Assembly: GCA_026025075.1 (NCBI GenBank)
Contig: JAPEUI010000058.1
Coordinates: 1-64,000 of the forward strand
DNA: 64,000 nucleotides
Reading direction: 5' to 3'
Source: Vezdaea acicularis
Lineage: Eukaryota
Under the pieces are notes generated by a model. That model did no database searches. It had not been told where the DNA came from and saw only the letters and a list, made by a program, of their open reading frames with translations. This document shows positions 24,290 through 34,981 of this stretch, in pieces (within the stretch, counting starts at the first letter, position 1; each line of letters begins with the position of its first letter). The position numbers were made by a program, and so were the translations under genes.

Positions 24290-26251
24290 CATTAGGAAAT
24301 GGAGGCAAGACTGATATCCTCGATTCCGCTCTCGTCTGTGCTTAGCCCTTTGGAACTCTTTGCCGTGTTCGCGCCTTACCCTGACTTGTGAAGTACTGCA
24401 GAATAAAACCTTCCCCTTTACCCCCATTTTTTCTAACATCCCTTCCAACCCTCACTCCCCCGCTTGTTCCCTAGCATAAAACACGCGGGCAAGCCGCGCC
24501 GTTCAGTTATCAGAACGGTACTAGCTGTGATGATGGCATTCACACTTACATCTCCGTTACTGGTGATGTTGCTCTTACAGGGAGCTCAGGGGAGGGTCTT
24601 CGTGTAGTACACACAGGAGTCCAAACCTGGTAAGGGGAGACGAGGTCTTGTGAGAAGGGTCCCGTGACATTTGGTGAAGACTCTACGATCTCGCGGGTAG
24701 GATGCAGCAGGAGATCTTAACGGTCCTTCAAGGAAGTCATAGCACAGCAAAGCACAGCATAGAACAGCCTAGACTAGCAAACCACACCACCATCCCCTCC
24801 CCCTCCCCCCCTCACCCTATCCCCTCCAAGAGCGAGACCCTCTAAGGCAATCCGCCACCCCTTTCTCTTTCCCTTCCCCTTTCCCCTTCATCAAGCCTGC
24901 AGATCACAGCCCCTGCGGCTAGAGAGACGTGAAGAATTAAGTTAGGGCGTCGAGAGATTTATCCGATATGGTCGGCTCCGCTTTCGGGATGGATTGGGTT
25001 AGGAGGATCTCGCCACAGCCGCGTTGGGGCCGGTGATCGCCTTGGTCCGTGCGTGGGTTGTGGGGAAAGGGGGACTAGTGGGTTTGGGGACGATGGGGGC
25101 GGGTGTTGTTCTTCTCTGCGCGACGAGAGGGGGGTGACGGCGCGGGTTTGGGCTGGAGGGGAGATGATGGCTAGGTTCTTGTCCTAGACGGGAGGGGAAG
25201 GGGGCAAAGGAAGGACGAACGAGCGGTTGGTAGAGTGAAAGAAAATTAAGGACTGGAAAATAGCATGGGGAACGCAAAAGATCAGCGCTTTTGCGAGCCA
25301 AAAACAATGAACGAACCATCCAACCTCCTGTCCTACCCCATTCCTTTTCACAGAAAGAACCGTCGAAAAGATAAAGGCCAGCAAATTCCAGAGCCTACCT
25401 AGCCTTGCCTCTAACAAGGGGAGCGACGCGCTTCGAAATCCTTCGCGTCGCGACCCGGCCAAGAAAAAAACCACCCAGATCGCGGACATTCCGACCACGG
25501 GCGTCCCCCGTGATTGGCTAGCTTCTGGCTCGCGAGGAACATTTTCCCGTTCGTTCAGTGCCGGAGGGACGGACGGGAAGGGGAAATGCGAGTCATCGAT
25601 TGACGCGATCTTTCTTTGAGATTGGACGGGAAGGGAAGAAAGCGGGAAGGGAAAAACGGGAGGGAAGATCGGATCGGCGGAGAAGCTTGACGCCATTTCG
25701 GCCGTCGCCTTTTAGGGGGAAATGATGAGCGGCTAGGGGAAGAAGCAGGGCTGGGAGGGAGGGTTTATCTGCCCGTTCGTTGCGCGAACGGTGGGTTATC
25801 GGTTTTAATCTTTCTTTATTTTTCGGGAAATCCCTGCTTTTTGACTCGTTGGATTTTTTTTTTTCCAGCCGGATAGTTTTTTCAAAAAAGGCGACGACTC
25901 CGTCAAGCGCGTAAAAGGAATTTTCAAAAAGGCCCAACCCCTCCAATTTGGGGTACAGGTACCTGTATGGCTTACACCGCCTTTGCGATCGCTGAGACAG
26001 GGCCATTCGCGTTCAGCAAGGCCACTTTGTCGTATATGCCGGATCGTCGTGGTTGTATCCCGGGTTTTAGACGCGGTGGGGTCTCCTGCGCGGTGATATT
26101 GGATGGTGGGTCATAGCCGCCTGGGTGGCGCGTTCGGCGTGAGGAGCGGGAGTTGGGATGCGGGCTCTGATCGGCAGTGTGCAGGTGTTGGGCGTCGTCG
26201 ATGCCGAGGCTGGTAGGGTGTCGGTCTTATCTGATTTTAAGGGATTTTTTG
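24290..26251 (+). ncRNA. Candidate large structured ncRNA, telomerase RNA-like
   Basis: No credible ORF. Nested long-range helices rich in G-U pairs (for example 24307-24320 with 26215-26228), a P6.1-like CGCG-UUCGG-CGUG hairpin and an AUUUUUUG Sm-like site at the 3' end. Template not identified. Confidence 0.5.
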
Positions 26252-29046
26252 TGAGGGGCAATGGGTTGGCTCGTCTGGCTTTCGTTGAATCGTTGCATTT
26301 CCTGGTTGTGCGGGCTTTGAGACGATGAAAGGACGTGCAAAGTGAAGCGACATCCGCTGTAACACAGAGCTTTCTCACGAACAACTTTGCATTATTGATC
26401 AAGCATCTCCTCTTCCGCATTCGAAGACTCTGCATCATTGTTCTGATCCCGACATCATCGTGATTGTATTTTTAGGAGCTTCCCAGGATCATGTGAGTCG
26501 CATCGCGCGCCCCTCGGGACTTACCTTGGCTCCGAAACCCTGTCATCGGAACGGGGCCACCGTAGCTCGACCGTGACGAGGGAACAAGGAAGGACATGGA
26601 TGGAGAAACAGTGTCTCCGACATACTACCACACAGCTTGATTCTTCCACAACTTCAAGTCGTTCGGCCTTCGTGCACTGAACACCCTCCCATTGATGGGC
26701 GGGAGCACGAAGAGAAAGATCGTCGATATGCCCAAAGCATTTGCCTACCGGACGAGCGTGGCATACACGTGCAAACGGCGCACAAACATAGGGCATACAC
26801 GTGCAAATGCAGCACAAACTCCACCATGACACTCCGCCAAACCTTCTCACCAATCCTACGCAGATAAGGTCATGGCAAGTTCCGGCCGTGGAAATCCGAC
26901 GGCGCTCATTAGGTACAAAAAACGATGTGCTCAACCGGGCTCATCGTCAGGATCAATGGGATAGTTTTCCCCTAAAGTCCTTCGTATCCCGATGATCGGT
27001 GGGCGGCGGCAGCAACAACGCTGAGCCAGCCCCTCGGGACCGCGCTACGGCAAACGAGGACCTTTCCCACCTTCCTCAAGCCTATCAGCCAGCTCTCTTC
27101 TTCGTTCTCATCACCACCAAACTGCAGCACTTCATCATCGACTATCATCGTTCCTCGCGCTTCGGCTGGGGGCATGTCTTCCTACTGGCTTCGACTGAAG
27201 GGACGGCGTCACCCGCTAACCACATCGACAGGGCCGTGCAGTCCTTCGGGTCGCCCTAGCGAGGCCCCGATGGCCGTATCTCGCGCTTGGGACGCTCACG
27301 GTGCGCGCTCCGGAGAGATGTTCATGTGTTGGGTCGAAGCCACGACCGGCTTGAGTGGATAGGTTCGAGAGCCACGCTTCGCTCCGAACGGGCTCATCGG
27401 TGATCTCGAGCAATGGATGAGGTGGGGGTGGTGGGAAGAGGAGGGTTAGCGAGCGGGGTTGCTGCACAGGACGACTGGGACCACGGACCCGTTGTATCGG
27501 ATCGTGGCATTCGGGAACTTAGGGCATTGTCTTCCCACGGAGGAAGTGGATCACTAACGGCAGCACTTCAAGACCAGGAAGGCCGCTGTATGATACGCTT
27601 GGCTTGACTCTACTATCCATGCGGTTGAAGCCTGCCGCGAGCAATCCGCGAGCGATCCGCGAACGAAACCGACTTCAAACTTCCGGCCTTTCACGAATCA
27701 ATCAGGCAATACACCTGCGAAAGCTGACTCTCGAACTCAACTCCCCGAGCTCGAAGGGGTATCCTGGCAGCACGACATTGGCGTGGTGAAGCATGCCATC
27801 ACGCCGCCGTCGTGGATCGATCAGGACGCTCCCACCAGCACGTCCGACTACGGTAGTCTGATCCCACCAGCACGTTTTAGCGCGAGGACGTCGTGATGGA
27901 AGCGAGATCCATGAATGCATCTTCGCAGCAAGCAGGTACCCATTGGGTCACGATAAGATAGCCATCCGCCGCCATCGCGGCGTCCCTCGACACCCTCAGG
28001 GGCGGGTATAGTTGTTTTTGGGCTGATAGGCGCACCCTCAACGGGCACTCGACGCAAGCGATGCGCAGGTCTGACACCCCGACAGCTTGATGCTTTTTGC
28101 CTGCGAGGGATGCTCCTCCGACATTCTGGCTCAAGGGTCCGACCGTGGTACCACGGCCAGGGCCAGACGGTGGCCGGGAAGAAGAGCGGTCGCCACGGTT
28201 GCTGCTCTGCCACTGCAATCATTCCCTCCGTCTCGCGATGCCCTCGCCATCTGACTTTTTTCCCCCTCCCTCACGCTGGATTCACCCACTCGACTTTGCC
28301 GGCAGGGGCAGGTGGCAGGCAGGTGGCCGGCGGCAGCGATAGCACACGGCATGGGCTGGGGCCGGCCGCATGGGCTGCCGTGCCAGGCGCCAATCAGACT
28401 TATCGCGACGGCGTTAAGCTCAGGCACGGCACCGTCGCGCGACCGGCATCCCGGCGGTGGCGGCGGGAGCGATGCAGATGCCGTCACACCTCCGTCGGGT
28501 CGGAGTGCCTGCCCACACCCTCCTGTCTCTCTCGTCGAAGATGGCTGAATGGGAAAATTGGATGGGGCCCCCAGACCGCAGAGGGGTCGACGAGTCGGAG
28601 AGCGAGAGAGCGCGGCCAGTCTGTCTGCACACCCGACGTGCTTGTCGCAGCTACACTTTCCGTAAAAAGAGACATACGACGGGGAGGACGAGCCGTGGCC
28701 TTGACGTCTGATATGAAACGGCCAGGACAGACATGCACGAAACCGTCCCACCTCGCCGTGTGCTGGGCAGGGTTCCATGCCCTCCACGGCCTTGGCGTGT
28801 GGGTCCGCCGTTCAGGCCGGTACGCGGTGCCTGAGATGCCCTGGGACCGCGCTAAAGACTAGCCGCGGCGCTTGGCCCGAACGGGCGCGCTCGCTTAGCC
28901 TGGTCCGTGAAGGAAAAACGAAAGAGAAAAAAAAAGGAGACGGAGCGCGATCGAAAGGCGCCGGATCGGAGCGAGAGAGTGGGAGGGCAGCGCGGGATGA
29001 GAGGGCGAGCGAGGAGATCAGCAATGGGGGATGTTCTCCGCATTCA

Positions 29047-29208
29047 ATGCTGCTGCTGCTGCTGCTGTTGCTGCCTCCTCCCCCTCCATCGTGCGCTGCT
29101 GTCAGCTGTCAATGGCTGCGAGGAGACGGTGCAGCGCGGCGCCGCTTGCTGGAGCAGGAACTCGAGCAGGAGCAGGAGCAGCATCAGCATCAGCATCAGC
29201 AGCAGCAG
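29047..29208. repeat. (TGC)n and (CAG/CAGCAT)n microsatellites
   Basis: Visible triplet and hexamer runs in the upstream region of the CRIB gene. Confidence 0.8.
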
Positions 29209-30531
29209 TAGGGTGATCCTCCGCCTTTCTGTCTGCTGCTCGACTCGCGGTCCTGGAAGCGGCCGTGCCTGGGCCCGCGTCGGCCACCCTGGTCCGTTCA
29301 CCCTGGTCCGTCCACCCTGGTCCGTCCGACCCCTGGCGCCCCCCCGGCCCCGACTCTCCTCTCGCCTCTCGCTTGCCCTGCCCGCCCATTTTTGGCAGCG
29401 ACGACGACGGACGTGCAAAAGCACACGCCGCTGCATATGCACGAGCAGCCCTCGAGCGTCGATATTGCCTTCGCTGCAACCCCCAACATCGACCTGCGAC
29501 CTCTTTGCCCCCCCATCCCGGCCGACGACTAGAAAAAACGACGGCCATCCGACCATTAAATCCTTCCGTTCTTTTCGCCCTTTTCGCCCTTTTCGCCCTT
29601 TTCCGCTGCTCGTCGCGACTCGTTTGCTGCTGCGTTTACGGGATACGCTCGCTGTCTCATCCTGGGCCCACCAAAGCAGACCGCGGACCTCCCGCCGACT
29701 CGCCCTCTCCTCACCCTCCACACCCTCTCCGCCTGGGTCGCTGCGAAGTCCGTCGTTTGGCTGCTTGTTTTCCCGCTTCATCATTTTACTGCGGGATTGG
29801 ACGTCCGGGGGCATCCCGTCAGGAGATCATTGCGGAGGAGGCTCATGATACCGTCTTGCGACCAATTCGCCATCTCGCCCGAACGACCAACCAACCTTTC
29901 CCTAAAACCGACGGCGTCCATTGCGCGCTGGTGAAGCAGTCTGGGGGCAGGGAACGTGGGCTAAAGCTCTTGCACGGTCCGGCAGAAAAAGGTTGATTGT
30001 TGTAGTCGATATAGTAAGTTTGGGACCACCTGCAGCACGCGTCAATCACTATCAAGACTGCCAAGGGCGGACGGCACCCCTCAATCGGTTTCCCTTTTTT
30101 TCCCTCTCGCACCACATACATCGGCGAATTGCCCGACCTGCATCTACAGATCTGTCAACTCGAGGCTCACGTCTTCGCATCTGTCTCACGCAGGGCTGGT
30201 CTTTCTTCACGTCTCGACATGCCTATCCCGACGGGAGTCAGCCTGAAACGAACATTTTGAACGCGCTCTTCCGTCCCCTCGACAGTGGCGAGCTGTATGC
30301 CGGTGGCCGCCCTACCTCGTCCTTCCAAGGTCGGTCCGTGCTATATGGTTGCTTTCCCTGCACTTGCAGCGACTCCTACCGACCATTGTCTTGGAAAATA
30401 AAAGAAATCCGTATACAACTGACCAAGGGATTTCCTTGCTGGCCCTGCGAGACCTTTTCCCCCTTGGGACGTCGACGTGACAGCGCAGCTCGATAGGATC
30501 CGTCAATAACTCGCGCCCTCCCCCCCCGGTC

Positions 30532-33528
30532 ATGTTCCTATTCAATCGGAACGCGACAACGTCGCATTCCAGAAAGCTTCAACGTGACCCACACTACGTC
30601 GACCGTCAAGACACCACCACCCCATCGTCACTCTCATCATCCGACGGTATGCCTCTCTCAGACCACCGCCGAGCGTACTCGGACCCTCGCAAACGGACGT
30701 CCATCTTCAGTGCGCGCTCGAGAAGCAAGACCGACTTTTCGAGCTCGTCCTCGTTTTTCTCCACCACCGCGTCGTCGACCGCGCCGTCGACCAATTCGAC
30801 CGATTTTTCCTCCCGAAGAACATCACGAGACGGGATCTCGTTGACCGGCAGCAGTATCGCCCCCGAGGACTGGAAGGAGGAGAGCTCGTCGTCGAAATGG
30901 TTCTTCTCTCGCCCCCATCGGAAACTACGAAAGCAGAACAGCAAGTACAGCCTACCTTCGATCAGTCCAGCTCCGTTGGACGGTATCGATGAGTCTGACT
31001 TGGGCCCGAGCGATCACGTCGAAACGGCCAATGGTGTCAAGCTGCATGGCCCGGCGCCAAGGTCACACAACCGTAAGTGAAGCCAGATGATTGTAGAGGA
31101 GAGATGCTTGTTCAGAGCGAACGCTGACCCGTGACCAGGACACAATCGAAAGCGAAATATTTCGGGGCCGTTCAACTTCCAGCACGTCACACACACCGAT
31201 CCGAAGCAGTACCAAGAGCTGCAGCGAACCAGTGGCAATGAACTGGCATCGAACTTCAATGCGGTCCGAGCCTCACAGGCGCCTCGTAAGGAGCTTCGGG
31301 GGATCCGTGCTCAGGACCTCCACTTCCCGAATTTCTCATCCGACGCCGTCTATCACTCGCCGGCGAGGGAACGATCGCAGTCGCAATCATCGCTGAGTGG
31401 GCCGACGCTCAATGGGCAGAGATCTCGGGAAGTTCTCAAGAGAGACTCACCGTCGCCTGCGGGGAGTCACCAGACGTTCGGGCACAGTCCGCACTCGAGC
31501 ACAAGCACCGCCAGCATCAGGGCGCAGTCACGCTCCTATTCTTACAACTCACCCATCGTCCCTCCACCACGAACGTCATCCCGCCAGGCGTTTACCCTGT
31601 CGTACGACGCCTTTTCCGACGCGTGCAATGAGCCTGATCGCGATCGGCAGGTCAATGGCAATGCCTTTCGTCAACCGAATTCTCTGGATGGCGTCGTCCT
31701 GTCGCCCAGGCCAGCCACATCCAGTGCCGAGGTGCCTCACGCGGTCACGACGCCAGATGATAGCGCGCTGTATCTGAAACCGCCTGCGTTCGGTTCGGCG
31801 GGGGGCTTGGGGCTCTCCGACGTGCCGGAAGAGGAGGAGAGTAGCTTCTCCAAGCGAAATTCGAAACGAAGCTCCAGGCCCGGTTCATCCAGCTCCGCCC
31901 TTCGCCAGACGCGTTCCCTTGGGGACATCAAGGCGGCGTGCGAGAAGTCTGCCTCGCACAGCTCGCTGCTCAGAGCGGCCGAGTTGCAGCAGCGAAAAGA
32001 GCGACCCGTCTCTCAGATATCGGATACGCTCGAAGGTCCTTACTGCACCCCTCCGGTTCGGGGAGCTGCTGGAATTCCGGGATCCTCGAAGAGGTTGTCT
32101 GTGGGCCTGCGGGCCGTCGAGGGCTGCTGGGAGGACGACATTGACTATTGTTACGAGCATGCCGTCGAGGCTGACTGCGACTACGACTGGGACCGTACGT
32201 CTGATGACGAGGAGAATGACACTTCTCCGGCCATCAGCGAGACTGATCAAGCGACCGAACGACCGCTGTCGGACGGGCAGTCGACGACACCTCCGCTCAG
32301 CCCGACGATAGAGGTCACCTTGGAGGGAAGCCAAAGCCCGAAGATCGTTACCGCTCCGGAGCGCGCTGCAACGTACCCGTCACCCTTCCGCCCTTCCCTA
32401 CTTGTCCCAAGCTATACTCCGAGTCTCGATCCATTGTCCGCGTCCACGAACAACACGGACATCGTCACACCTGCTTCGGCCAATACTTTTGGGCATTCGT
32501 TCAGCTTCAATCGACCCGTCTCATATGCTGATACATTCAAAGAGTCGGACGGGTTCACGCTGAGCCCGTCGTTGCTGATCCCTCCGGACTTTCAGGGCCA
32601 GATGCTCAACGAGGCTTCATACGAGGACCTGATGTCTCACCAGAAGAGTCCGATCCTGCCTTTCGGCGAGCACAGTCCTGTGGAAAGTCGAGCCGAGTCG
32701 ACCGACGGCAACCAGTCTCCACCTAGCAAGCGCAATACCAAAGATGGTGTAGCTCTGTCTCGATCCCACTCGATCCCCACCCACCATCGTTCAGCAAACT
32801 CTGCTGGGAGCCTCCCCGAGCTGATCCCCGGCAGTCGAACTGTCCGTGAAGAGTTCGACCAAGCTGCCGAGCAATTGGCCGATCAGATTGCTTCCCTCAA
32901 CACCGCTGAACAGGGGCCGACGAGTCCATCCCGGTCTCCCTCGCTCCGTCGACAACGGAGCTTGAAACTGAAGGGCATGGCTCAGCAAGCGATGCTTCGA
33001 AAAGCCGCCAGCAGCGGCAATCTCATCGGCAACAGCTCGCCGTCCTCTCCGCTCGGCAGTCCTCTATCGGCGGGCTTCCTGTCCCCAACGACGCTGGGCG
33101 AGGGACTTGTAAGGCCATCAGAACCCTGCCTTCCGGAACCAGCGGCCGACCTCGTCACCGAAGACGCGACCACCGACGCCGAAATCGAAGCCGCAGATGA
33201 AATACAACCTCTCCCCTTGTTATCTCACAGCCGCAAAACCTCTGCTTCGAAGATCCCCATTCCCATGCCGACCCGAACGCCCCCTCACACGCCCCGCACC
33301 AGCGTGGACGAGACCTCACGGATTCCCAGTCCTGTCAATGCGCCCCAGAGCCTGAGAAATCGCGCACAGTCCGACGCTGCGGCTAAGGCGTTGAAGAAAG
33401 CGACCACCTCACCGCCGCGTATCGCCGTCAAGAAAGTGAGGGTGCGGAGTTCGACCGGCTCGGCGAACTTTCAGAGGAATTTGAGGTCGAGTTATGCGCT
33501 GTTTCCTGCGCAGCCCCAGGTTTCGTGA
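30532..33528 (+). CDS. CRIB (Cdc42/Rac-binding) domain protein, Ser/Pro-rich
   Basis: Exons 30532-31072 and 31139-33528. ISGPFNFQHVTH CRIB motif follows the intron; WEDDIDYCYEH motif; in frame with the 31732 ORF. Confidence 0.88.
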
Positions 33529-34981
33529 GGAAGATTTTGTTGTGTTGGTTCTTTAGACTTGGGGGTGCAGGGGTAGGGGGGGTTGTTCGTATATCGAATC
33601 CCACGCACGCTCGCATATATCACGTCTATACCTACGCACATTCACATATTCACATCTAGTGTTCTTGCTCCCTCCTAGAGCTATACAGCCGTCTGGACTA
33701 TTCTCAAAAGAATTTCTCACTTTTCTCACTCCACGACGGAAACGTACGACGCCATTTTTCCATTCACTTCGATACCCTTCTCCTCATGCTCCATCATCAT
33801 TATCATTACCTCTATCCATCCATCCATCTATCCATCTTCTATTCTCATCTAAGAGCGTGCATTTTCGAGCCTCTTTTTTCCGGTTTGGTTTGGTTTGACA
33901 CGTTTCCCTCGTTTTGTTTTTCTTTCTCTTGGGCTCCCGCCGTCGTCGTATATACGCGTTTTTGGGGTTAGATTTAGACGAGACGAGATGAACACCTTTC
34001 TCCCCCTGGACGAGAAGGGGATTTGGCGCTGTTATGCGGTTTTGTCTTCTAGGATGATACGTCGTTGGGAGGGGAGAAGGATGGGAAGACGCGTGGGTGG
34101 AAGAAGGGATAGAGGAAGAAGGGGGAGGAATGGAGGAAGGGGGAAGGATGGAGGATCTGTACAGCAAACCCTCGGAGAATAGAAAAGTTGGCAGAGCAGG
34201 TGTATCTATAGTTATCAGTACCGTGTTGTTGTCGTGGTTGTTGTTGTATATAAACTAGCTAAGTTACGTCGTAAAATGAGGAAAATGTCTATCACTATCA
34301 TCATCACTATCACTATCATTCATTCATCCATTCATCTTGTTGTTCCTTATTTGTCTCATATCTCATATCTCCCTTGGCCTTGCCAGGATATGGAGGGATG
34401 CGTGGTTTCTGATCTATTGGGCATAGTTTGGGATTTGTGGTACAGTACTACGCGGTACTCCCCAGTATTCCCTTTGTATTTCCTCACACCCATTCGTATA
34501 AAGTAGTCCCGTCCCGCCCCCCTCCTGTGATTCCAAGGTTGGTAAACGCGGAGGGGCGTATTCGAGCGGCGGTGGTGCTGGGTTTTCTTTGGGGAGTTTT
34601 GATTTCGATTTTTTTGATCGCGTAAGTTATGTGGAAAAGGGGCGCGGTCTGTTTGCTTCCGTGGTGAGCAAACATCCATCTTGGCGGCGCGGCGCGGTGT
34701 GGCGCGCTGGCTTTTTCCGTCCTCCTCGGCTTCTTGACGACGTTCGTAAGCGGAGCCGCGTCTGTTGCATTGGCTCTCTACGTCAACGCCGAGCTTTCTG
34801 GTGTCGATTGCTGTGAGTAAGGGGGAGATGGGATGGTATTTTCTGCTTTAGGTATTGCGGGTTGTATATGTATACGATTCTCCAGCTGGGTTCACGGATA
34901 GTTGGGCGCTAAGCGTTTCCATCTGCATCTGCATCTGCCTCCACTCTCCACCTCACCTCTCGCGCTCCCTTCCAAGGAACG

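Noticed and set aside
24520..24750. SRP RNA, U2 or C/D snoRNA identity for the structured segment (GCTGTGATG, GTGTAGTA, GTGATGA)
   Set aside because: No SRP helix-8 motif or Pol III T-run, no U2 context and no suitably placed D box.
25825..26247. RNase P/MRP identity from GGGAAATCCC pairing with GGGATTT
   Set aside because: Lacks the bulged-U P4 and the CR-V consensus.
26389..26597. Possible 36-aa spliced minus-strand ORF using the GTAAGT donor near 26524
   Set aside because: Weak branch point and no recognisable homology.
27600..30500. Many overlapping 100-300 aa ORFs
   Set aside because: Low-complexity Arg/Pro/Ser translations on both strands, as expected from GC-rich non-coding DNA.
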